From Candidatus Cloacimonadales bacterium (GTDB lineage: Bacteria > Cloacimonadota > Cloacimonadia > Cloacimonadales > JAFGVF01): 64,000 bases of DNA. Positions 1-8,461 of this stretch are shown here, in pieces (within the stretch, counting starts at the first letter, position 1; each line of letters opens with the position of its first letter). The translations under genes and the position numbers were made by a program. The DNA is taken from assembly GCA_963663475.2 (NCBI GenBank), contig CAXXJV010000001.1, positions 1,568,001 through 1,632,000 of the forward strand, in the 5' to 3' direction. The notes beneath the pieces were generated by a model, which saw nothing but the letters and a program-made list of their open reading frames with translations, was not told the DNA's origin and ran no database searches.

Positions 1-1
1 C

Positions 2-139
2 ACTAAAATTCTTGAGAATATCAGGACTGATGTTAACTCAAAAGTCTCAAACTTCTCAAAAATTACCAAAGTCGTTGAGCAAGCTGAACCTTTTGAAAAG
101 ACCCCTACTATGAAAATTAAAAGGTATCTGTATAAGTAA
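2..139 (+). CDS. 3' end of an AMP-binding enzyme, probably long-chain fatty acid-CoA ligase (partial)
   Basis: Frame 2 is open from the window edge and reads ...VVEQAEPFEKTPTMKIKRYLYK*, resembling the A10 Lys motif of adenylate-forming enzymes. Confidence 0.7.
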   Translation, partial: TKILENIRTDVNSKVSNFSKITKVVEQAEPFEKTPTMKIKRYLYK

Positions 140-293
140 ATGGCTAAAGCCTTATCACAGAGACAAAGAGACAGAGAGACGGGGAGAATCCCTGAGCACT
201 TTCCATGTAAAATTACATGAATTGTGTCGTTCCATAAAAGTGGACTAGTAAATTAAATGAACTAGGAACACAAAATGGAAAGAAAAAAGAATA

Positions 294-1850
294 CTATTTC
301 ATTAATAACATTTTTTTTGTTTGAATATCAGTATCAGTTTTTATTTTAGAGAAATATATACCTGTTGCTACACTCTTTCCTCTTTCATCTTTACCATTCC
401 AGACCAGACTGTGTGTCCCAGCACTAGTTTCTTCATCTAATAGCGTTTTCACCAACTGTCCTTTGATATTGTATATCGACAAGTTCACTTTACCTGGTTT
501 AGGGATATTGAAAGAAATTGTTGTTTCAGGGTTAAATGGATTGGGATATATCTTTGAAGTAACTTTAGGCAAACTATCAATATCTTCATCAGTATTAGCT
601 ACAGATATCATTAATTCACTATAGATGAATTCACTACCATCACTAGAAAAATATCCAAATCTATCAAAGCAATTAAAGGTTCTCGATGAAGAAGAAAAGT
701 TATCTCCTATATTTTCACTATATAAAAGGTCAAGTTGGTCATTATACACTCTTAGAGTAGTATCGTAGTCATTATTAATTACAATATAGTCTTTTGATGT
801 AAAAATTCCATCTGGTATATAGAGAAGCTGAACTTCATTAAATTCATATTCATTACCTGATTTTATATTATTTGTGAGAAACCAACCCTCATACCTCGCA
901 AGAAAAGTTATGTAGCTGTTATCAGAAGCTTTCACAAGATTCCCTGTATCATATTCTTTTAAATTAGTGATAATTAGTTCATTATTACTAATAGATAAAT
1001 CAGCAACTGCCCTCCCATTATTTCTTTTGAGTAAATAGGGTGGGATATCATAAATTAATTTATCATTGATACAAAAAATTCCACTTCTATCACTAAAGTA
1101 TAAAATATTCCCTAAGTTTTGGCCTACTTGTGAATCAATTATCTCATTAACTTGTTCAAAATTACTATTAAAGACTCTATATGAGAATGGATCGTCATTT
1201 TGGTATGTATAAAAATCTGATGTTTGAATATACATATTTTCCACGAAAAGAACATCGTTATAATACATTGTATTCATCCAATATTGAAGTTCATAGGTAT
1301 CAAAGTTAAGAATAAAGTTTTCATATACCTCATTCGTTTCATCTATTGAACTACCTAGTAATATCTTGTCATCAGATAAAAGTTGTCTGAATACATAATT
1401 TTCATTTATATCCTTAATATTAATTAATTGTTCACTATCACCTAAATCATTTAACAACAATATATAATCAATCGTTGCTGTTTCATCACCATCCCATTCC
1501 TGCAGATTCTTATCAGTTATATGAAAGGCTTCTCTATTAGTTAGAAAACGATAATAGACAAATATATCATCTATAGATTCCACGACACTATTTAATTCAA
1601 TATCAATTATTGATTCTTGAGAAGAAAAATCATAATCACTATCTAAAATAAATTTGCTTATTGTTAAGGTTTGACCAGCTAATTCCCAATCATAGAATCT
1701 AACAAAATCATCTTCAAACTTATCATAGACAATTTCTTTATAACTGAATGGCACGAACAAGGTATCGACCTCGCTAAAAGAAAACTGGATTTCATTTCCA
1801 GATAAGACCATACTAACACAAGCTAACACAAATACTATTACCCTTTTCAT
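294..1850 (-). CDS. Secreted protein with T9SS type A/FlgD-like C-terminal domain
   Basis: Signal peptide MKRVIVFVLACVSMVLS. CTD reads IYPNPFNPETTISF...IYNIKGQLV...KKMLLMK. The AGGAG RBS favours the ATG at 1850 over the GTG at 1856. Confidence 0.85.
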   Translation of the reverse strand: MKRVIVFVLACVSMVLSGNEIQFSFSEVDTLFVPFSYKEIVYDKFEDDFVRFYDWELAGQTLTISKFILDSDYDFSSQESIIDIELNSVVESIDDIFVYYRFLTNREAFHITDKNLQEWDGDETATIDYILLLNDLGDSEQLINIKDINENYVFRQLLSDDKILLGSSIDETNEVYENFILNFDTYELQYWMNTMYYNDVLFVENMYIQTSDFYTYQNDDPFSYRVFNSNFEQVNEIIDSQVGQNLGNILYFSDRSGIFCINDKLIYDIPPYLLKRNNGRAVADLSISNNELIITNLKEYDTGNLVKASDNSYITFLARYEGWFLTNNIKSGNEYEFNEVQLLYIPDGIFTSKDYIVINNDYDTTLRVYNDQLDLLYSENIGDNFSSSSRTFNCFDRFGYFSSDGSEFIYSELMISVANTDEDIDSLPKVTSKIYPNPFNPETTISFNIPKPGKVNLSIYNIKGQLVKTLLDEETSAGTHSLVWNGKDERGKSVATGIYFSKIKTDTDIQTKKMLLMK

Positions 1851-1997
1851 TTCCACTCCTTTTTTTGTTATTGATGTTCTATTACACCATAATATATAAT
1901 ATGACTATACAACAAATTTAGATAAGTGAGATTGAAATACTCACAAATAACTACAGAGCTCTATAGTTATTATTAATATATTTTATTATTCTGTCAA

Positions 1998-4379
1998 TTA
2001 TTTCATCAACATTATTTTTTTAGTCGTTGCCATTTTACCTGATTTTATTTTTATAAAATATAATCCTGTAGCAACTTTTTTACCATTATCGTCATCACCA
2101 TTCCAAACAACAGTATTATTTCCTCTTGCAAAGACATCATTCGCTACTGTTTTCACCTTTTGACCTTTAATGTTATAAATAGTAATGTTAACATTTTTAT
2201 CTAGATTATTATTAAAGTTTATAGATGTAGTGGGATTAAATGGATTTGGATAGTTAGTGGCATTTAGTTCTGTTACAAGTTCAAGACCATCATCAATGTT
2301 GGGTGTATAACCTGGAAATTCATAACAACCGAGATCTATTATATTGTTATGTATTCTTGGATTTCCATAAAGATCTAGTTCAGCTGGGACAAACCACTCG
2401 GGAAGCCAAGCAAAACTACTATTACCAGCATCTATTGCAGGAGACACCTCTCCTATGTCTCCACCTCTTAAATGATAGTAGGATGCTAAAGCTGGATCTC
2501 CTCCTACAAAGAGTGGGTCTTGGTTATAGATATTATTATCCCCCAATATTAGCTCTGCTCCAGATAGATTACTTACTTCTAAGTCTGAATCTCCAAAAAG
2601 ACAGTTGTCTATGTCTAAAACTTCATTAGTAAGTGATAAATCCCAGGGTTGATTATTGTTCATAAAGATATTGTTTCTATAAACTGTATTTGTGCCACTA
2701 TTCATTATAGTACCAAAGTTAGGACATCCACTATTATTGGCAAAAGTACAATTAGATATTGTTGTATTTTCTCCCATATTGGCAAACATTTTACATTCAC
2801 CAGCAACATTGTTAGCAAAAAGGCAGTTGTCTATTACAACTTCTAATGAGTCAGCCCAGTCTATAAATCTAAATAGAGTCCAACCATAATAATCAGAAGT
2901 ACAATGATTATCAATAAATTCTGAGTTAGTAACCTCTACTCTGTTCATAGCTACCACATTACCAATACCTTTTCCATTTTCATTAATACAAGTGTTATTA
3001 TAGACCTTAACATTGTTCATAACAACATCTAACGCTTTAATAGAAAAAGCTGGGTAACTCTTTATTGAATGATTATTCTGGAAAATTACATTATCAAGTT
3101 TAACTTTACTAATATATATTCCATCTACATATAGAGTGGTCCAACTATTAATATTGCTAGCTTCAAACACTACATTCTCAATTGTAAAGTTATCGATACA
3201 AGTTGTTAACACAGCAGATCCTTCTCCATTGCTAATACTCATATCTTTTATCGTGATGTTCTCTCCAAAAAATTCAGGTATGATAGTCCCATTTCCCCAA
3301 CTATAGATATTAGGATTACCTATTATCTTTGTCTCTTCTGCTGAAACTCCTTGTAAGATTGTGTTACTTTTTAACCCAATAGGTATATTAGTATGCCCCC
3401 ATAAATTGTGTTCATAGATTTCAGATGTTAGTCGTATGGTTTTAGGGTTATCTCTATTGCTAGAGATTATGGTATTAGCCCTATAAATTGTACGAAGTGC
3501 TTGGTCAGGTGTTAAACCAGAATTGTTATCATCCCCATTATTATCTACATATAGGTCTTCATCAACCTCCTCATGCATACCCTCATTTACATCAAAAGTT
3601 CTATAGGGTGTATAGCCATCTTCTATTGCCTCAACAAATCCTTCAAAAAAATTTACATAATAGCGTTCATAAGATGCTTTAGTAAATTTATCTAAATAGA
3701 TATCAGACACTGCACCAAAAGGTAACTCCCAGTACATATCCGCTCCTAACGAGGCATAGTTATCATAAAGGGAACATCTGTTGCTCTCCGAAAAGGTGAT
3801 TGTTGGTTGTTCACTTACAGTACCTTGAGTACATATACCTCCTCCTGACATTAGTGCCAAGTTATTATTTATAGTACATGCAGCTAGATGTACAGTAGCC
3901 TGGTAATTAATAATTATCCCTCCCCCTAAATCTGCATAATTATCATAGATTTGAAGATTTACAATATTAAAACTACTCAAGGCGAGACACAAACCGCCCC
4001 CTATAGTTTTAGTGCCATCCTGATAGCCACTTCCTCCTGTTATTGATAATCCTCTTATTTCAAACTCTTTATCTCCAACAGTGCAATATAGAGTACTACC
4101 ACTTTGGTTACCATCTATGATAGTTGTAGAGATAAAGGTGCTATCATTGGTTATTGCTTCTAATGAATAGAGTTTTAGGTTGTTAGCATAGCTTAAATCA
4201 ACATTTTCATAATAGGTTCCTGGATAAACTAATACAGTATCTCCTGTAGAAGCCTGATTAACAGCCATCTGGATTTCTGTACATGGTTTAGTACCATCTA
4301 GTGAGACTTCAAGGGTATTAGAAAAGAGAGAGGTAAGACCAAGTAATATCAAAAGTGTATAAAATAATTTTAGTTTCAT
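1998..4379 (-). CDS. Secreted parallel beta-helix (pectin lyase-like/DUF1565-type) protein with T9SS-type CTD
   Basis: Signal peptide; IQMAVNQASTGDTVLVYPGTYYE; GGG..N repeats; SPAIDAG...DLYGNPR...IDLGCYE; NYPNPFNP CTD. Confidence 0.85.
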   Translation of the reverse strand: MKLKLFYTLLILLGLTSLFSNTLEVSLDGTKPCTEIQMAVNQASTGDTVLVYPGTYYENVDLSYANNLKLYSLEAITNDSTFISTTIIDGNQSGSTLYCTVGDKEFEIRGLSITGGSGYQDGTKTIGGGLCLALSSFNIVNLQIYDNYADLGGGIIINYQATVHLAACTINNNLALMSGGGICTQGTVSEQPTITFSESNRCSLYDNYASLGADMYWELPFGAVSDIYLDKFTKASYERYYVNFFEGFVEAIEDGYTPYRTFDVNEGMHEEVDEDLYVDNNGDDNNSGLTPDQALRTIYRANTIISSNRDNPKTIRLTSEIYEHNLWGHTNIPIGLKSNTILQGVSAEETKIIGNPNIYSWGNGTIIPEFFGENITIKDMSISNGEGSAVLTTCIDNFTIENVVFEASNINSWTTLYVDGIYISKVKLDNVIFQNNHSIKSYPAFSIKALDVVMNNVKVYNNTCINENGKGIGNVVAMNRVEVTNSEFIDNHCTSDYYGWTLFRFIDWADSLEVVIDNCLFANNVAGECKMFANMGENTTISNCTFANNSGCPNFGTIMNSGTNTVYRNNIFMNNNQPWDLSLTNEVLDIDNCLFGDSDLEVSNLSGAELILGDNNIYNQDPLFVGGDPALASYYHLRGGDIGEVSPAIDAGNSSFAWLPEWFVPAELDLYGNPRIHNNIIDLGCYEFPGYTPNIDDGLELVTELNATNYPNPFNPTTSINFNNNLDKNVNITIYNIKGQKVKTVANDVFARGNNTVVWNGDDDNGKKVATGLYFIKIKSGKMATTKKIMLMK

Positions 4380-4387
4380 AAAGCTTC

Positions 4388-4525
4388 CTAGGATTTAATG
4401 ACTTCGTAATTCTGAGATCCAACTTCTTCCCAAGTAATTTCTGGATAGAGATTATAATTAACTTGACTAGCAAAGACCAACACGACAAAACTGAACAATA
4501 ATAAAAGTGAGATTATTTTTTTCAT
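4388..4525 (-). CDS. Small 45-aa secreted peptide (not in ORF track)
   Basis: AGGAGGAG RBS, then MKKIISLLLLFSFVVLVFA-SQVNYNLYPEITWEEVGSQNYEVIKS*. The stop is 8 nt before the next ATG. Confidence 0.7.
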   Translation of the reverse strand: MKKIISLLLLFSFVVLVFASQVNYNLYPEITWEEVGSQNYEVIKS

Positions 4526-4617
4526 ATCTCCTCCTATTATATAGACCCTAAAAAAACTAATATTTTTATTAGTTTACCCTATTTGATTGATATATAAATA
4601 TTTACGAGAGGTAAGCG

Positions 4618-5577
4618 ATGGATAATGATTTTAAAGAGTATTTTAATTATGCCAAGGAAATTGCATATAAATTAGTTAAAGATTATGAATCAGCTGAGGA
4701 CATTGCAAGTAATTGTGTGGTTAAACTTGAAAAGGTTTCAAGAACAAGAGAGGTTGCTAATCCTAAAGGATGGATTAGAAAGGTAGTTACTAACTCATGT
4801 AATGATTATTTTAATAAGCAAAAAAGACTATTGGAAGTTCCCTTAGATGAAGAAAAACTTGAATATTTTGCTTATAGAAATGAAGAAAATAGTAGTAAAA
4901 TTATAGATTTTGAGATCGATTTTAGTAAGTATCCTTTTCTTGAACATAAAGATAGAGAAAAAAAGATATTAGAGTATTTCTATATAGAGAAAGAATCAAA
5001 AGCTAAAATTGCCCAGAGATTTAAACTTAAAGAGAATAAAGTCAGAGAATTAATATATAAATATACTAATGAAATTGAGTTATATCATTTAATTGATAAT
5101 AAGACCCTATTTTTTAAGTTATTACCTTATACCAACCTTACCCTTAAGATTAATAATTTCATACATAAACTAAAGATCTGTCTTAATAATAATGATTTAT
5201 CTTCTATGAAACGATACATGAAAAATGCTAAAGTTAATGACTTTTCAAAGATTAAATTTAAAGAAATGAAGTCATGTAAATTACAGTATATTGATGAACA
5301 AAGCTATTGTCTTTTAGTTGTTTTTATTAATCAAGCTAATAAACACAGCTTTTTTTTCATAGAGTTCATTATAACAAGCTCTGGCAATGTACAAGTAATT
5401 GAATTTCCTATCTGGCCTCAAGGAGTTCTACAAATTGATAAAAGCAAATTAAAAAAAGAAATTAAGCAAGAAGACCTAGATAGCTTCAAGGGTTCTTATA
5501 ACGAAAGATTAGGAAGTTATGATGAATTGAAAGAAAAAGGTATTGCTAAAAAAATTCAACAAAAAGATAAGTTTTAA
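4618..5577 (+). CDS. ECF-type sigma-70 factor with long C-terminal extension
   Basis: Sigma2-like segment (AEDIASNC...GWIRKVVTNSCNDY), sigma4-like HTH (ESKAKIAQRFKLKENKVRELI), then about 160 extra residues. Confidence 0.75.
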   Translation: MDNDFKEYFNYAKEIAYKLVKDYESAEDIASNCVVKLEKVSRTREVANPKGWIRKVVTNSCNDYFNKQKRLLEVPLDEEKLEYFAYRNEENSSKIIDFEIDFSKYPFLEHKDREKKILEYFYIEKESKAKIAQRFKLKENKVRELIYKYTNEIELYHLIDNKTLFFKLLPYTNLTLKINNFIHKLKICLNNNDLSSMKRYMKNAKVNDFSKIKFKEMKSCKLQYIDEQSYCLLVVFINQANKHSFFFIEFIITSSGNVQVIEFPIWPQGVLQIDKSKLKKEIKQEDLDSFKGSYNERLGSYDELKEKGIAKKIQQKDKF

Positions 5578-5710
5578 TTTACACACTCCTAATTAATTTT
5601 AATGCTTACCCTTGACCATCTATAACAAAACCCTTACAGGTCAAAATACAACATCAAGACCAAAGTACTTATCGTTTTTAAGGATAATAACCTCTATCTC
5701 CAAATATCAT

Positions 5711-5738
5711 TTGACATTTTCCCCTATTAAATGATAAT
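5711..5738 (+). promoter_or_regulatory. Putative sigma70 promoter for smpB operon
   Basis: TTGACA-N16-GATAAT. Confidence 0.5.
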
Positions 5739-5826
5739 GGAATGAAAGGTTGAAAGTGGTGTCATGTAGTCACAAGCAAGCAATATTAACCACTTCAACA
5801 ATAATTCATAAAGATTGGTAATAATT

Positions 5827-6303
5827 ATGGCAAAACAAAATAATAATAATAGAATAAGAGAAATTAAGAATAGAAAAGCAAGGCATGAATACTTCTTTGT
5901 TCAAACATATGAAGCTGGTATTGTCCTTAAAGGAACTGAAATTAAGTCAATTAGACAGGGTAAGGTCAGCTTTAAGGATTCCTATGCAAGAATTGATAAA
6001 CAAGGTGAGGTCTGGCTTCTTAACTTGCACATATCACCCTACGAGAAATCTACCTACTTCAATCATGAGGCAACTAGACCTCGTAAGTTACTCTTAAACA
6101 AAAGGGAAATCAAGAAGATGAACTCTAAGATTGTAGAAGGGGGTATGACGCTCATACCTGCTTCTATTTACATAAATGAAAAGAGTCTTTGTAAGGTAGA
6201 ACTAGCAATTGCTAAAGGTAAAAAGAATTATGATAAGAGAGAAGTTTTGCAGAAAAAGGATCAACAAAGAGATGCTGAGCGTTCTAAGAAAATGCATTTT
6301 TAG
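5827..6303 (+). CDS. smpB: SsrA-binding protein
   Basis: NRKARHEY, EAGIVLKGTEIKSIR, RKLLL and GKKNYDKR motifs. The ATG at 5827 is preferred. Confidence 0.97.
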   Translation: MAKQNNNNRIREIKNRKARHEYFFVQTYEAGIVLKGTEIKSIRQGKVSFKDSYARIDKQGEVWLLNLHISPYEKSTYFNHEATRPRKLLLNKREIKKMNSKIVEGGMTLIPASIYINEKSLCKVELAIAKGKKNYDKREVLQKKDQQRDAERSKKMHF

Positions 6304-6311
6304 GAAGTCTG

Positions 6312-7463
6312 ATGCAAAGTAAAAGAATTCTATTCCTAAGCTTCTTTCTAATAGTTTTTTTCCCCCTCTTAAGTCAGATAAAAATCCAATATGCTGACAG
6401 TCAGGAGTATTATGTCCTAGATACATTTTCTCATGAAAACATAAATTACTTCAATTTAGATGATTTTAACAAGATAGTTAAGGGGCAAGTAAAAGAAATA
6501 CTTTTAGATGATCGTCTTCATTTTTATCTATTTAAGAAAGAGATATCCTTTTGTTTAGAGTCTTCTTTCGCCCATGTAGCTTCCTATAGTCAAGAAACAG
6601 GTATGCTGGAAGATGAATACTATAATTTTTATTATCCAATTAAGTATATTGATGGAAAATATGCACTTCCTGAACACTTCTTGCAAGAAATTCTTCCTCA
6701 GGTATATCCTAACTCAGTCTCATATAGTGGAGATTTTCTTTTGTTAAATGAACGCAATAAATCATCACTAGAGACTATTGTTCTAGATCCTGGGCATGGG
6801 GGAAAGGACCCAGGAGCTGAAGGAGCTAATGGACTTCAGGAGAAGCACATTGTTCTGGCAATTGCCAAAAAGCTCAAAGCAAGATTAGAAAGTGAATTAG
6901 ATGTTAGGGTTCTTTTAACTAGGGATGATGATTCTTTTATTTCTTTAAAAGAGAGAACAGAGTTTGCTAATACTAATGAAGCAGATCTTTTTATATCTAT
7001 TCATACTAATGCAGCTGAGAATAAGAAGGCTCATGGGGTAGAGGTATATTATCTTTCAGAAGCTAAGAATGATGAATCACGAGCTGCTCAAGCCCTAGAA
7101 AATGCTGTTGTAGAAGAATTTGAAGGTCAAGATGCTCTTCGTGAATATACCCAAGCAGATTATGTGATTAGTGATCTAATTCAATCAGCCCAGTTAATAG
7201 AAAGTATTAATTTAGCTTATAAATTTCAGAATAATTTGATAGTTGAAAGTCAAGCTAGGGATAGAGGAGTAAAATCAGCTAACTTTTATGTTCTCAGAGG
7301 TGCTTATATGCCTTCTGTTTTAGTGGAACTAGGTTTTATCTCCAATTATGAAGAAGGCAAAAAGCTAAATAATACTAGTTATCAAGATAAATTAGTTGAA
7401 AGTTTATTCTATGGAATAAAATCTTTTAAACTTCATAATGACAGGAATAATAGTTTAGAATAA
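6312..7463 (+). CDS. N-acetylmuramoyl-L-alanine amidase (Amidase_3)
   Basis: Signal peptide; LDPGHGGKDPGA, EK, FISIHTNA and VLVELGFISN motifs. Confidence 0.93.
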   Translation: MQSKRILFLSFFLIVFFPLLSQIKIQYADSQEYYVLDTFSHENINYFNLDDFNKIVKGQVKEILLDDRLHFYLFKKEISFCLESSFAHVASYSQETGMLEDEYYNFYYPIKYIDGKYALPEHFLQEILPQVYPNSVSYSGDFLLLNERNKSSLETIVLDPGHGGKDPGAEGANGLQEKHIVLAIAKKLKARLESELDVRVLLTRDDDSFISLKERTEFANTNEADLFISIHTNAAENKKAHGVEVYYLSEAKNDESRAAQALENAVVEEFEGQDALREYTQADYVISDLIQSAQLIESINLAYKFQNNLIVESQARDRGVKSANFYVLRGAYMPSVLVELGFISNYEEGKKLNNTSYQDKLVESLFYGIKSFKLHNDRNNSLE

Positions 7464-8359
7464 TGAAGGAAATTCATCCTAAGAGATTAGCTAGAGAGGA
7501 AAGAATTAAGGCTTGGCTAGCAGATAAATCCCATAGTCATAAAAAGGCCCATCCCTTTTCTAAGCTAGTGAAGCTTATTTTTGATGGATTTGGTTTAACT
7601 GCATTAGGCTTTAGGAATACTCAAAGAATTACTAGAAAGCATATTGAAGTTAAAAGTGAGAAAATTGGAAAGGCATTTAATAATTTCAAGATAATGTTTA
7701 TCTCAGATTTTCATCTTAATGGAAACCCACTGTTAATTAAGCCCATCCAGCAGATATTGCAAGAAGAAGAAGTTGATATCTATCTTCTTGGTGGCGATTA
7801 TCAAGTAAATGCTTTTGGAAATTATCAGGTAATAAAATCTCTTTACACTCAATTATTTGCAGTTATTGATACTTCTAAAGTATATGGTGTTTTAGGTAAC
7901 CATGATGAGTATAAGATTGCTGAGATACTTAATGATTTAGGTGTTAATATGCTGATTAATGATTATCTTAAACTCACACGAGAGGATGATTCTTTGATTA
8001 TATCTGGGATTGATGATTCTGACCGCTATCTTTCATATGAATTTCCTAAGCTAAGGGATGAGGCTAATAATTATAAGATTCTTTTAACTCACTCTCCAAA
8101 TGTTTATAAGGAAGCTCAGCAGAAAGGCTATAATCTCCTGCTAGCAGGTCATACTCATTCAGGACAGATTTGCTATCCCGGTGGCATTCCTATTGTAAGA
8201 TTTACTAAGTTTCCTAGAAAATACTCTTATTCTCTTTGGAAATATAGAGATATGCAAGGATATACAACTGCGGGAGTTGGCAATACTTGGGTTAATATTA
8301 GATTCTTCTGTCCTCCAGAAATAGTGGTTATCACCCTGAAGAATATGAAAAACAAATAG
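7463..8359 (+). CDS. Metallophosphoesterase (YkuE-like)
   Basis: SDFH, GGD, LGNHD and AGHTHSGQ motifs. Confidence 0.9.
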   Translation: MKEIHPKRLAREERIKAWLADKSHSHKKAHPFSKLVKLIFDGFGLTALGFRNTQRITRKHIEVKSEKIGKAFNNFKIMFISDFHLNGNPLLIKPIQQILQEEEVDIYLLGGDYQVNAFGNYQVIKSLYTQLFAVIDTSKVYGVLGNHDEYKIAEILNDLGVNMLINDYLKLTREDDSLIISGIDDSDRYLSYEFPKLRDEANNYKILLTHSPNVYKEAQQKGYNLLLAGHTHSGQICYPGGIPIVRFTKFPRKYSYSLWKYRDMQGYTTAGVGNTWVNIRFFCPPEIVVITLKNMKNK

Positions 8360-8461
8360 CAAGAATTTTTGCTTGAGATTAAAGAAATAAAATTAATAAT
8401 AAATTTCTTGCATTATTTATTCTATATCTTAAAATGAATAATCAAATATGATAACAAGGAT

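Noticed and set aside
155..290. AGAGAC-type short repeats and a loose inverted repeat between convergent genes
   Set aside because: Too degenerate to assign; probably a terminator region or decayed repeat.
5580..6310. tmRNA or SRP RNA near smpB
   Set aside because: No tRNA-like ends or SRP domain IV consensus found by eye.
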